64,000 nt of DNA, from contig JANPJA010000057.1 in assembly GCA_031425275.1 (NCBI GenBank), forward strand, positions 1 through 64,000, given 5' to 3'. Position 1 is the first letter of the stretch, and each line of letters begins with the position of its first letter. The position numbers were made by a program, and so were the translations under genes. Below, one piece after another: positions 11,482-21,323 of the stretch. Source of the DNA: Acidobacteriota bacterium. GTDB lineage: Bacteria; Acidobacteriota; Blastocatellia; Pyrinomonadales; Pyrinomonadaceae. The notes under the pieces are model-generated. The model worked only from the letters and a program-made list of their open reading frames with translations. It searched no databases and was not told where the DNA came from.

Positions 11482-12369
11482 ATGGCAACCACCGGCAAAA
11501 TCAACATCGGACTCTTCGACGGGGCGGGCAATAAGTGGGACGGCCCCGAGGCGGTCGTCACCCTCCGAGACCCGTTCACCAATTCGGATAACAAGAAACC
11601 GAGGAAGGTGGAGGTTCCGCGCGGCAAGCACACCGTCAGCATCAATGATGTCGCCGCCGACGCGGGACAGAGGTACATCGTCTTCGTTGACGCCGACAAG
11701 CATCGCAGCCACGCGGTCTTCCCCGTCAAACCACGCCCCAACGCTGTCACCTCCGTGCGGATGATGCTCATCCGCAACGACCCCGAGCCGGACTTCTCGA
11801 AATTCAACTACAAAAAACTACTCACCCAAGCGCCGGAGTTTCACGACGCGCTGAGTAAGAACATCACCGAGTCAGACCTGCTCGGCCTCGCCAGGACTGA
11901 CGAGAAATTCGGCCTCATCCGCATCGCCTCGCTGCTCAACATCGAGGCCAAGCTGCGCGCCCAGTCGCTCAGACTGGGATCGGGCGGCAGCTACGTCAAG
12001 TTGGTCGAGAAGATCGAATGCTGCGAGCGCGACCGCATCAAGGTTTTCGTCAAGCCGCAGATGCCCGCCCACGTCGCCGAGATGGACACCTTCAGCGAAC
12101 TTAACGAAGACCTGAACGAGTTGAACCACGCGGGCTTCCCCGTCAGCTACAAAGAAAAAGTCCCGTTCGGCAGCCTCCAGCTTTCGTTCGCCAAAACGGC
12201 CGTCACGAAAGGACTGGAGGCCGACATCGACATCGATCTTTTCACCGACATCGGCCACTTCGGCGAAGTGGTCAAGAATAAGATCACCAAGACCAAGACC
12301 GATCCGTTCAGCATCTACGTCCAGCTCTTCGATCAGAACGTCCGCCCGCTCTACACGCTGAAAGTGTAG
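11482..12369 (+). CDS. Hypothetical cytoplasmic protein (island gene A)
   Basis: 295 aa from the first ATG (MATTGKIN). The longer TTG-started track ORF from 11305 is GC-rich and likely non-coding. No recognisable domain. Intermediate GC. Divergent from genes B and C. Confidence 0.55.
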   Translation: MATTGKINIGLFDGAGNKWDGPEAVVTLRDPFTNSDNKKPRKVEVPRGKHTVSINDVAADAGQRYIVFVDADKHRSHAVFPVKPRPNAVTSVRMMLIRNDPEPDFSKFNYKKLLTQAPEFHDALSKNITESDLLGLARTDEKFGLIRIASLLNIEAKLRAQSLRLGSGGSYVKLVEKIECCERDRIKVFVKPQMPAHVAEMDTFSELNEDLNELNHAGFPVSYKEKVPFGSLQLSFAKTAVTKGLEADIDIDLFTDIGHFGEVVKNKITKTKTDPFSIYVQLFDQNVRPLYTLKV

Positions 12370-12452
12370 GCCCGCGTCGTCGCGCCGAAAATTCTTAATT
12401 CCCTCACCCGCGCGGGCACACTCACCACCCGGCCGGGGGTAGGAGACCAGCC

Positions 12453-15400
12453 GTGCCTCACACTCACCTGAGGCTGACTGCGGCAATCCTCAACGCCGCT
12501 CTCGCCTGTGGCCTCGCGTTCAACTCCGCGCGCACTCAAAACAGCGCGCCGCGCCGCCTGACAATCACACCGGCCCACGCCACGAACCTGAACCCGTCGC
12601 TTAGCGGCGACGGCCTGCGCGCCGCTTTTGAATCGACGGATGACCAGACCGGCGCGGGCGGCTCTCCGCAATTACGCGCTTTCCTCGCTGACTTATCCGG
12701 CGACCCACCCGCACTCGTTCAAATCGCCGCCTCGCGCGCGCCCTCCGCCGCCCTCTCGCAGGACGGCTCGCGCGTCGTCTTCGCGAGCGCCGAAGATTTG
12801 ACGGGCGGGAACCCCGACCGCAACTCCGAAATATTTTATTTCGACGGTACGGCCCTCAGCCAATTTACCGCGACAACGCCGGAAGACGCGGCCACGCGCA
12901 CCCGCGATGGTAACTTCCAGCCGACCCTCTCCGACGACGCTCAGTTCGTCGCCTTCTCATCGAACCGCGACCTCGCCGGCTCAAATTCTGACAGTAACTT
13001 TGAAATCTTCGTCTATGACACGGCCGCTCGCGGCTTCACACAGATCACAAACACCGCCGGTGTGGTGGGCGCGACCGGCGCGAAGTTGAGCGGAGGCGGC
13101 ACGCACGTCGCCTACGTTCGTGACGGCGCGTTAAGTGGTTCAGCCGACGAAACTCGCCGCAATCTGATTCTCTTCGACCGACGCTCGAACAGCGGACGCA
13201 TGATTGTTGAAGACACGCCGGGCCTCGCACTGTCGCCGGGCCGCGCCGTCAGCGACGACGGCACGCGCGTCGCCTATGCTGCGGAGGATGCGGCGGGCGC
13301 AAGTCAGGTGTTCATCTTCGACGGGCGCAACGAGGTGACGCGCCGACTCACGTCTCTCGGCACGCGGGCCGCGGACGTGCCGCTTCATCCCACGATCAGC
13401 GGCGACGGCTCGCGCGTCGCATTCGCCACGCGCCGCACCGTCTTCTCCGGCGAGCCGAGCGGGGGCGTCGATCTTTTCCTTTTTGATCTGCCGAACAATA
13501 AGCTCACGCGCGTGACGGACGCGACATCGCGGGCCACCGCCGAAGTCGTCTCGTCGCTCGACGACGCAGGCTCTGTCGTCGCGTTCAACTTCCCGCGCGT
13601 CCTGATTGACCCGTCAGTGCCGGACGAGTTCGCCAACACCTCCGAGATTTTCCTCGCGCGACTCAGCGGGCGGCTTCCCTTCTCGACTGATCTCGAAATC
13701 CTAAACGGAGCATCGTTAGCCCGTGCGGCCGATAAACCCCTCGCGCCCGGCCAAATCGTCATCGCGCGCGGCGGGAATCTCGCGCTCGTCTCGGCCCGCG
13801 CCCTCCCCGCCGCAGACAAATCTTTCCCGCGTGCCTTCAAGGGTGCAGTCGTCACCGTCAACCATCGCCCCGCGCAAATTTTTTACGTCTCACCAACTCA
13901 AATTAACTTTCAAATCCCGGACGAGACCGAGGCCGGGGTAGCCCAAGTAGTCGTCCGTAACCACGAAGGCTACGAGTCGCGCACCGAAGTCCGCATCGCC
14001 CCTGCCGCGCCCGGCGTCTTCACCGAGAGCGGCGACGGGCGCGGGGCGGCCATCGCCCTCGATGCCGCCTACCAACTCCGCGGCCCGTTCGACCCGGCGG
14101 GAGCAGAGAACACGCCGCGCCGCCTGTCAATTTTCTCGACGGGCCTGCGCCATGCGCGCACCGTCTCGGTCACGGCCGCCGGCTTCACTTTGCCCGTCGA
14201 GACGATTGTCGCTTCACCCGACTTGCCCGGACTAGATGAAATCCACGTCCTGCTGACACCACGGCTCGCGGGTGCGGGTGTCGTGCCGTTGGTGATCACC
14301 GCCGACGGGCAAACGAGTAACGCCACGACGCTTCACTTTGTCGGCTCGCGCCGCCCCGCGCGCCTCGTGCTCACTCCGCCCGACGCCGCGCTCGGCGTCG
14401 GCCGATCTTTGCGCTACTCCGCCGCCGTCTTCGACGCGGACGGATTCGAGATCAACGGCGCGCCGATCACTTTCACATCCACCGACTCAACCGTCGCGTC
14501 GGTCGATACGAACGGACTGACGCGCGGCCTCCGGGCCGGCGTCGCCACGATCCGCGCCGCTTCAGGAGACGTTGACGCGACTTCGAGGCTGCGCGTCCAC
14601 GACCTCTCGCTTGTCATCAATGAAGCGCTCGCCGACCCGCCAGACGGCGCGGACGGCGACGCCAACCGCGACGGCACACGCAACTCTTCGCAAGATGAGT
14701 TTGTCGAGATCGTCAACGCGGCAGCGGCCGACATCGATCTCGGAGGTTACACTCTCGCCACACGCGCACCCGGCGGCGCGCAAACGACCAGACACATATT
14801 CGCGGCCGGCAGCGTTCTCGCTCCCGGCACGTCCGCCGTCGTCTTCGGCGGCGCGACCCAGTCCACTCTCAACCCACGCGACCCGGCATTCGGCGGTGCG
14901 TTCGTCACGACGGCTTCAACCGGCGGTTTGTCGCTCGTAAACGGCGGCGCGACGATCACCCTGTTCGATCCATCCGGCGCGTTCGTCGAAGAACTATCTT
15001 ACGGAGACTCAGGAGGCCCGGAAGGTGATCGCAACCAGTCCCTTACGCGCGCGCCAGACGTGGCGGGCGATTTCGCGCCGCACTTGACAGCCGCGCCCGC
15101 CCCGCCCCGCGCCTACTCGCCCGGCACGAAGTTGGACGGGATGCCGTTTCTGCCAACTGCGCCCATTGCGCGGATCGAGATCACCCCTGCCACTGCTTCC
15201 GTCGAGGTCGGCCGCAACCGACAATTCAACGCGCGCGCGTTCGCTCCTGACGGGCGCGAGCTACAAGGCATCATCTTCCATTGGATATCGAGCGACGCGA
15301 CGGTCGCAACCATTGACGCGAGTGGACACGCACGCGCTCTCAAGTCGGGCACGACGGGTATCGTCGCGCGTGCGCGGGGCGTCGAGTCTCCTTCCGCCTC

Positions 15401-17744
15401 GTTAACAATTGTGACGCCGCCGGCGCGCGTGGTGCGCGTCGAAGTCTCTCCGTCAGCCGTCAGCGTTAACCGCGGCGGCTCGCAGTTGTTGACGGGCCGT
15501 GCCTTCGACCGCGACGGCCAAATCGTTTCGGACGCGGTTTTCAGTTGGGGAACGAGCAACGCATCAATCGCGACGATTGATGCGAGCGGCCTCGCTCGGG
15601 CCGTGGGCTTCGGGCGCGTGACGTTGTCGGCATCCACCCCGGACGGCGCGGGCGGGACTGTCGGCGCGGCGGCGACCCTCGACGTGCTGTTGCCGCTCGT
15701 GCTCAACGAACTGCTCGCGGACGTGCCGCCCGACGACCCGGCAACGGCCGCCGTCGAAGGCGATGCGAACCGTGACGGGGTGCGCCGTTCGGATGACGAT
15801 GAGTTCGTCGAGCTGTTGAATGTTTCAACCGCGCCAGTCGATCTCACCGGCCTGATCCTCTCGGACTCGTCGAACGTTCGCTTCACTTTCCCCGCGGGCG
15901 CGACGCTCGCGCCGGGCCGCGCCGTCGTGGTCTTCGGCGGAGGCGATGCGCCGCCCCACGATCCAAACTTCGGCGACGCGCTCGTCTTCACTGCCTCCGC
16001 GCTCGGACTCAACGACGGCGGCGACACATTGAATCTCAAACTCACCGTCGGTAACGACGACGTGACAATCCTGTCGCAAGGTTACGGCACGCAGGGCGGC
16101 CCGCCCGCTCCCAACAATGCCTCGCTCACGCGCTCGCCGGACGGCGAAGTCAACTCAGCGGGCGGCGGCCTCGTCGCGCACACCTCGGCGCATAATGCGT
16201 CGGGCCGCTTCTTTTCACCCGGCACGCGCGCCGACGGCACTCCCTTCGGCTCGGCAACCCTCACTCGGATCGCCATCTCGCCGCCCGCCGCGACCCTCGA
16301 CATAAATGCCACCCGCGTCTTTACGGCGACGGCTTACGCCGAATCAGGCGGCGCGGAGTTAGCGATTAATAACGTCTCATTTATTTGGGACGTGAGCGAC
16401 ACGTCGAAGGCTTCGCTCGCGCCGACGACCGGTCAGTCAACTTTGCTCACCGCCCTCGACGACGGAACGCTGACACTTCGCGCACGCTCCGGCGGCCGCG
16501 AGGCAACGGCTAGCATCACCATCAAAGCGCCCCCGCCCGTCCTCACGCGCGTCGAACTGTCGCCCGTGTCCGCGAGTATGATTGTCGGCGAGTCACGACA
16601 GTTCAACGCGCGGGCTTTGGATCAATACGGCCAACTATTACCCGTCGAGTCGTTCGACTTCACTTCTAACGCGACGGAGAAAGCGACGGTCTCTGCCGTC
16701 AGTTTCACAACCGGCAGTTTTGAAGCCGTCGCGACCGTGACGGCCCGCGCGGCGGGTGCGGCGCAACTAACGGCCGTCGCCACCGACGGCCCGCGTGGCG
16801 TCACGAGCAACACGGCGACCGTCGCCGTCAACAATCCGCCGCGCGTCGTCACACGCATCAACGTCACGCCAACTTCCGCCACGCTCGGCGTCGCCATGAC
16901 GGGGCAGTTCACGGCGCGGGCCTTCGACCAAAACGATCAGGAGATGAGTAACGTCGCCTTCAACTGGGCGACGAGTGACGCGAACGTGGCCTCAATCGAC
17001 GCGGGCGGGTTGGCGACCGCACACAACCCCGGCGCGGCGCAGATTCGCGCCAACGCGGGGACGGTCGCCAGCCCGCCCGCCGGGTTGAGCGTCACCGCGC
17101 CGCCCGTCCCCGCCGCCGGTCAGGTCGTCCTCAACGAAGCGCTCACCGCCTTCTCCTCATCGACCACGCAGACCCGCGCCGACTTCGTCGAGCTATACAA
17201 CCTGACCGACCGCACGCTCGACATCAGCGGACTTGTCATCTCTTTCCGCCCCGGCGGCAACACGAGCATCGTCCGCACGATCACCCTGCCCGGCGCGGCC
17301 GGCAGCGACACGCTACGCATCCGCCCGCGCGGCTACTTCCTCATCATCAACGGGACGCAGACCTTCGGCGCATCAATCTCGACCCTCGACGGCCGACCCG
17401 ACGGCTTCGACGCGAGCAGGTCGGCCACCGACATTGTCGCGGGCGTCGGCGTGGCTTCGACGTGTGCCGGCACGGCGAACTGTTTTGATCTCAACGGCAC
17501 GAGCGGCGGCATCAAGATCGAGATCGGCGTCGTCAAGCTCGACGGCCTGAGTTACCAGAGCGGCGCGACTCCCCCGGCCGCCCCGTTCAGCTCATACGGC
17601 GAAGGTTCGATCCTGATCTACACGAGCGGCGCGACGAACGATCTTATTCGCACTCCGAACGCCGCCGACTCCAACAACAACGCCACCGACTTCAAACGCA
17701 ACGGCACGACCGGGAGCGTCACGCCCAAGGCGGCTAACCCTTGA
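12453..17744 (+). CDS. Giant secreted/cell-surface protein with PD40 (TolB-like) propeller repeats, multiple Big_2 Ig-like domains and three lamin-tail (LTD) domains
   Basis: 1763 aa with a signal peptide. PD40-like repeats include SxDGSRVVFAS..DRNSEIFYFD. Several Big_2 units have the form ISPxxATLxVGxxxQFxAxAFDxxGxxxxxxxFxWxSSDxxVATIDxxGLARAxxxG. There are three LTD motifs (LVINEALADPP..GDANRDG..DEFVEIVN and two more). Confidence 0.85.
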   Translation: MPHTHLRLTAAILNAALACGLAFNSARTQNSAPRRLTITPAHATNLNPSLSGDGLRAAFESTDDQTGAGGSPQLRAFLADLSGDPPALVQIAASRAPSAALSQDGSRVVFASAEDLTGGNPDRNSEIFYFDGTALSQFTATTPEDAATRTRDGNFQPTLSDDAQFVAFSSNRDLAGSNSDSNFEIFVYDTAARGFTQITNTAGVVGATGAKLSGGGTHVAYVRDGALSGSADETRRNLILFDRRSNSGRMIVEDTPGLALSPGRAVSDDGTRVAYAAEDAAGASQVFIFDGRNEVTRRLTSLGTRAADVPLHPTISGDGSRVAFATRRTVFSGEPSGGVDLFLFDLPNNKLTRVTDATSRATAEVVSSLDDAGSVVAFNFPRVLIDPSVPDEFANTSEIFLARLSGRLPFSTDLEILNGASLARAADKPLAPGQIVIARGGNLALVSARALPAADKSFPRAFKGAVVTVNHRPAQIFYVSPTQINFQIPDETEAGVAQVVVRNHEGYESRTEVRIAPAAPGVFTESGDGRGAAIALDAAYQLRGPFDPAGAENTPRRLSIFSTGLRHARTVSVTAAGFTLPVETIVASPDLPGLDEIHVLLTPRLAGAGVVPLVITADGQTSNATTLHFVGSRRPARLVLTPPDAALGVGRSLRYSAAVFDADGFEINGAPITFTSTDSTVASVDTNGLTRGLRAGVATIRAASGDVDATSRLRVHDLSLVINEALADPPDGADGDANRDGTRNSSQDEFVEIVNAAAADIDLGGYTLATRAPGGAQTTRHIFAAGSVLAPGTSAVVFGGATQSTLNPRDPAFGGAFVTTASTGGLSLVNGGATITLFDPSGAFVEELSYGDSGGPEGDRNQSLTRAPDVAGDFAPHLTAAPAPPRAYSPGTKLDGMPFLPTAPIARIEITPATASVEVGRNRQFNARAFAPDGRELQGIIFHWISSDATVATIDASGHARALKSGTTGIVARARGVESPSASLTIVTPPARVVRVEVSPSAVSVNRGGSQLLTGRAFDRDGQIVSDAVFSWGTSNASIATIDASGLARAVGFGRVTLSASTPDGAGGTVGAAATLDVLLPLVLNELLADVPPDDPATAAVEGDANRDGVRRSDDDEFVELLNVSTAPVDLTGLILSDSSNVRFTFPAGATLAPGRAVVVFGGGDAPPHDPNFGDALVFTASALGLNDGGDTLNLKLTVGNDDVTILSQGYGTQGGPPAPNNASLTRSPDGEVNSAGGGLVAHTSAHNASGRFFSPGTRADGTPFGSATLTRIAISPPAATLDINATRVFTATAYAESGGAELAINNVSFIWDVSDTSKASLAPTTGQSTLLTALDDGTLTLRARSGGREATASITIKAPPPVLTRVELSPVSASMIVGESRQFNARALDQYGQLLPVESFDFTSNATEKATVSAVSFTTGSFEAVATVTARAAGAAQLTAVATDGPRGVTSNTATVAVNNPPRVVTRINVTPTSATLGVAMTGQFTARAFDQNDQEMSNVAFNWATSDANVASIDAGGLATAHNPGAAQIRANAGTVASPPAGLSVTAPPVPAAGQVVLNEALTAFSSSTTQTRADFVELYNLTDRTLDISGLVISFRPGGNTSIVRTITLPGAAGSDTLRIRPRGYFLIINGTQTFGASISTLDGRPDGFDASRSATDIVAGVGVASTCAGTANCFDLNGTSGGIKIEIGVVKLDGLSYQSGATPPAAPFSSYGEGSILIYTSGATNDLIRTPNAADSNNNATDFKRNGTTGSVTPKAANP

Positions 17745-17751
17745 ACGGCCG

Positions 17752-17866
17752 TCAACGGTAAACCGTGACGGGTGACGGGAGAGGACAACCTCTTTCCCGT
17801 CACCCGTCACGGTTCACCCGTCACGGCCTTTCCCCTGTCACCCGTCACGGTTTACTTGTTACGGAT
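17752..17866. repeat. Heptamer-repeat hairpin element, GTCACCC/GTCACGG family
   Basis: aaaccgtgacgggtgacggg ... cccgtcacccgtcacggttcacccgtcacgg...gtcacccgtcacggttt. It lies between the convergent 3-prime ends of the giant protein gene and thiG. Confidence 0.8.
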
Positions 17867-17867
17867 T

Positions 17868-18659
17868 TTATTTGATGACGCCGTGGAGCGGGCTTGACGC
17901 GCTGGCGTATAGGCGGCGGGGCATTCGACCGGCGAGGTAGGCGTGGCGGCCGGCCTCGATGGCGAGACGCATGGCCGTCGCCATCCGCACCGAATCGCGG
18001 GCCTCGGCGATGGCCGTGTTCATCAGCACGGCGTCCGCGCCCAGTTCCATCGCGATGGCCGCGTCGCTGGCCGTCCCCACTCCCGCGTCAACGATGATCG
18101 TCGCGGCGGGCAACTGCTCGCGCATGATCGCGAGGTTAGCGGGATTCTGCACGCCGAGACCGCTGCCGATGGGCGCGGCCAGCGGCATCACGGCGGCGCA
18201 GCCCGCGTCGAGCAGCTTTTTCGCCATGATGAGATCGTCCGAGAAGTACGGCAGCACGACGAAGCCCTCGCGGACGAGTATCCGGGCGGCTTCGAGCGTC
18301 TGCTCGTTGTCCGGGAAAAGCGTCGTCTGGTCGCCGATGACTTCGAGCTTGATGAAGTCCGTGTTCAAAGCTTCGCGCGCGAGCCGCGCCGTGCGCACCG
18401 CCTCCTCGGCCGTGTAGCAGCCCGCAGTGTTCGGCAGAATCGCGAGCGACGGATCGAGATGATCGAGGAAAGACTCGGCGCTCCGATCGAGCGGCACGCG
18501 CCTGACCGCCACCGTCACCATCTCCGCGCCCGAAGCGGCGTGCGCCCGCTTCATCTCGTCGAAGCTGCGATACTTCCCCGTCCCGATGATCAGGCGCGAG
18601 GCGAACACGCGCCCGGCGATTTCGAGTTGCTCGGTTTGTGTTGAGGCGACAGTTGACAT
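17868..18659 (-). CDS. thiG: Thiazole synthase ThiG
   Basis: 263 aa matching ThiG throughout ([47 protein letters not shown]). Confidence 0.9.
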   Translation of the reverse strand: MSTVASTQTEQLEIAGRVFASRLIIGTGKYRSFDEMKRAHAASGAEMVTVAVRRVPLDRSAESFLDHLDPSLAILPNTAGCYTAEEAVRTARLAREALNTDFIKLEVIGDQTTLFPDNEQTLEAARILVREGFVVLPYFSDDLIMAKKLLDAGCAAVMPLAAPIGSGLGVQNPANLAIMREQLPAATIIVDAGVGTASDAAIAMELGADAVLMNTAIAEARDSVRMATAMRLAIEAGRHAYLAGRMPRRLYASASSPLHGVIK

Positions 18660-18774
18660 GGATGATGACGGTTCTTTCTTCGGCTTTCAATCGAGTATCA
18701 CACAGTTTAATTCTCACGTTTCAAAACCGCCAGCACCCGACGCGCGCCGTGAGAGTTACCGTCCCTGATAACTG

Positions 18775-18909
18775 TAGGGGCGGGGCTTGTCCCTGCCCGT
18801 TGAGCGCGCCAGCGCGAACAACGAATCGCAACCATCGGCGTCGAATGCCGGACGATCTTATGAGCGACCTCGTGGTCGCTTGCGGGCAGGGACAAGCCCT
18901 GCCCCTACA
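18775..18909. repeat. Long near-perfect inverted repeat (26-bp arms, 83-nt spacer with internal hairpins) upstream of thiG
   Basis: gtaggggcggggcttgtccctgcccg ... cgggcagggacaagccctgcccctac with one mismatch. The spacer contains gagcgacc..ggtcgctt and gcgcgccagcgcg sub-hairpins. Confidence 0.7.
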
Positions 18910-18989
18910 AATTTGATGTTTCGTAAAAGGCGAAGCGGCAGCCGCTTCGGGACGGCTACCGCTCCATTCACTCCACCGATGCGTTGCGC

Positions 18990-21191
18990 TTACCCCTTGT
19001 CCGGCTTCTTCGCGCCGTTCGTTCCGTCCGTGATGCCCAGCTTATCGCGGAAGAGGTTGAGCAGCAGGAGCGAGCCGATGCCGCCCGCGCCGTCGCCGTT
19101 GCCGCCCGAAGCCAACACGTCGGGCGTGATGCGGACGTTCTTCTCGCCGATGACCCGGAGCGTTTCGACGAGCGCGACGCCCTGCGCGCCCAGAGCCTTG
19201 ACCTGCTCGTGGTAGGCGACGCCCTGCGCTTCGCCCATCAGCCGCGTCTTCTCGGCCTCGGCGCGCCCCGTGGAGAGGATGTAGTGGGCCTCGCCCTCCG
19301 CCTCGGCCTTGCGCTGCTCGGCGCGCTTGCCCGCGATCTCGACGCCGACCGTCGCCACCATCAGGTCGCGCTGGTTGTCGGCGTGCGCGCTGGTGCGCGC
19401 GAGCTGGATGCGCTTCTCCTCGGCCTCGCGCTGCGCGTCGTACATGTTCTGCCGCTGCTCGGCGAGAATCTTCTCGGTCTGCGTCTTCATCAATTCTTCC
19501 GGCAGATGGATGTGGCAGATGAGGACGTTCACCACGTCAACGTGGTACTTCAGCAGGTGCATCCTGACGCGGGCCTCGGCGCGCTCCTGCTCCTCGTGCC
19601 GGTTTTGCAGGTAGGCCATCGCCGACGACTCGGAAGCCTGATTGCGGAAGATCGAGTCGATGAGCGGGTGCATCACGTTCTGCACCAGCTTCTCCGTGTT
19701 GCCGATCTTGGCGACCATGAAGGGCGCGTCTTCCGGTTTCACGCGGAAGACGACTCTGACTTCGAGCTTCATCGTGAAGCCGTCCTTCGAGATGACCTCG
19801 AACGGGTCGAAGGTGTTGTCCAAATCCTCCGCCGTCCACTCGACCGTCATGTTCGTGGTCGGGATGATGATCGGCGAGACGGCCAGCGTGTTGATGTAGT
19901 AGCGGCCCGGCCCGACGACCGTCTCTTGAATGCCTCGAAAGCCTTCCGGCACGACGTAGGCTTCGTGCGCGCCCTGATCGAGCCGCTGCTCGGCCGGGTC
20001 GCCCGCGATTAGTTCCTCCTGAATCTCGTTGAGGCGGCGGTTCTCGCCCTCCAGTTTGTCGAGCCGCGCGGCGGCCTTCGCCACCTGATTGCGTTCCTCT
20101 GATTCCATCCGCTCGCGCACCTTCGCGGCCATGTTGCGGCGGATGTCTTCGGTCGGGTCTTTGCCGACGTTCGAGACGATGACGGCCACCTCGCCCGGCT
20201 TCACCTCGCGCGCCGTCTCGGGGATCACTTTGAAGACGAGCGGGTTGATGTAGTAAGTGCCGGGCAGCAGGATGTCCTTCTGCGGGCCTCGCTGGCCGCC
20301 GCTGGTGATGAACTCATTGCAGTCCTGAAAATTGTCGTGCCCCTCGACGGGCGTGGCGACGTAGTCGCGCGGGTCGAGCGGCGCGCCGTCGAGGGCTTCG
20401 ACGAGTCCGATGTTGTTCTCGTTGATGACCGTCGCGTCGTAGAGCCGGACGGTCAACAAGCCCGGCTTGAGTTCGTTGGCGTTCTCGATGGAGATCGACT
20501 GGGTGAGGATGCGGTAGGTGCCCGGCGTCAGGATTTCGACCTGCGGGCCTTTCTGTCCGCCCCGGCCGATGAACTGCTCGGCGTCCTGAAAATTAAAGTG
20601 CCCGCCCGTCGCCTTGCCGTGCAGACGGCCCGCGTCGAGCGGCGCGCCGTCGGCCGAAGTGACGACGCCGACCTTGCCCGGCGGGATGACCGTCGCCTTC
20701 CCCACGGAGACGCGAAACAGATACGGGTGGATCGGCCACAGGCCCGGCGGGAGCGTGCGGAGCTGGATGCCTTTGACGCCGCCCCGTTTGATGAACGCGA
20801 TGGGGTCTTGAAAATTGTTGTGCGCGTTCTCGGCGCGGTCGAGGGCGAAGATGCCGTTGGGCGGCATCGGCTCGCCGTCGATGGCTTCGATGACGCCCAT
20901 CTCGTCGGCCCCGATCTCGATAAGCGGCACTTTGCGGACGACCCGCTCGAACGGCCACTTGATCAGGTGAAGGCCCGGCTTGAGCACGTCGGCCTGAATG
21001 CCGACCTCGCCCTCGGTGGCGACCACTCTTCCGGGCGGCATCTTCGCGCCGAAGTAGCGACGCTCCTTGATGGCGATCTCGGTCGCGCTGACGTTGACGA
21101 ACAGGCGCGTCAGAATCACGAGCAAGATGATCAGCAGAATGCCGAAGAGAATCAGCAGGGGGACGCCTGGGAACAGATCGTTGATGTCCAT
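18990..21191 (-). CDS. Flotillin-like SPFH/band-7 domain membrane protein with three internal GHDNFQD..GGQ.GPQ repeats
   Basis: About 733 aa from the ATG at 21191 (MDINDL). It has an N-terminal TM helix, an SPFH domain (KLEVRVVFRVKPEDAPFMVAKIG...) and Glu/Ala/Arg-rich flotillin-type coiled-coil repeats (EKRIQLARTSAH...AEQRKAEAEGEA). Confidence 0.82.
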   Translation of the reverse strand: MDINDLFPGVPLLILFGILLIILLVILTRLFVNVSATEIAIKERRYFGAKMPPGRVVATEGEVGIQADVLKPGLHLIKWPFERVVRKVPLIEIGADEMGVIEAIDGEPMPPNGIFALDRAENAHNNFQDPIAFIKRGGVKGIQLRTLPPGLWPIHPYLFRVSVGKATVIPPGKVGVVTSADGAPLDAGRLHGKATGGHFNFQDAEQFIGRGGQKGPQVEILTPGTYRILTQSISIENANELKPGLLTVRLYDATVINENNIGLVEALDGAPLDPRDYVATPVEGHDNFQDCNEFITSGGQRGPQKDILLPGTYYINPLVFKVIPETAREVKPGEVAVIVSNVGKDPTEDIRRNMAAKVRERMESEERNQVAKAAARLDKLEGENRRLNEIQEELIAGDPAEQRLDQGAHEAYVVPEGFRGIQETVVGPGRYYINTLAVSPIIIPTTNMTVEWTAEDLDNTFDPFEVISKDGFTMKLEVRVVFRVKPEDAPFMVAKIGNTEKLVQNVMHPLIDSIFRNQASESSAMAYLQNRHEEQERAEARVRMHLLKYHVDVVNVLICHIHLPEELMKTQTEKILAEQRQNMYDAQREAEEKRIQLARTSAHADNQRDLMVATVGVEIAGKRAEQRKAEAEGEAHYILSTGRAEAEKTRLMGEAQGVAYHEQVKALGAQGVALVETLRVIGEKNVRITPDVLASGGNGDGAGGIGSLLLLNLFRDKLGITDGTNGAKKPDKG

Positions 21192-21323
21192 CTTCTGTCT
21201 TTCCGCCCGGCGCGGGGGGCCGGGCCTTTCGGTGTGGGCCAACAAAACATTGGTAGGTTAAGTCTGACCCGTCAACTTCCCCTCCCATCGATTGACGCGG
21301 CCGGGGACGGTTGACGAGAATTT

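Noticed and set aside
18660-18990. TPP riboswitch upstream of thiG
   Set aside because: This is the expected location, but neither strand contains the conserved TPP aptamer core segments. I kept the palindrome as an unexplained structured element instead.
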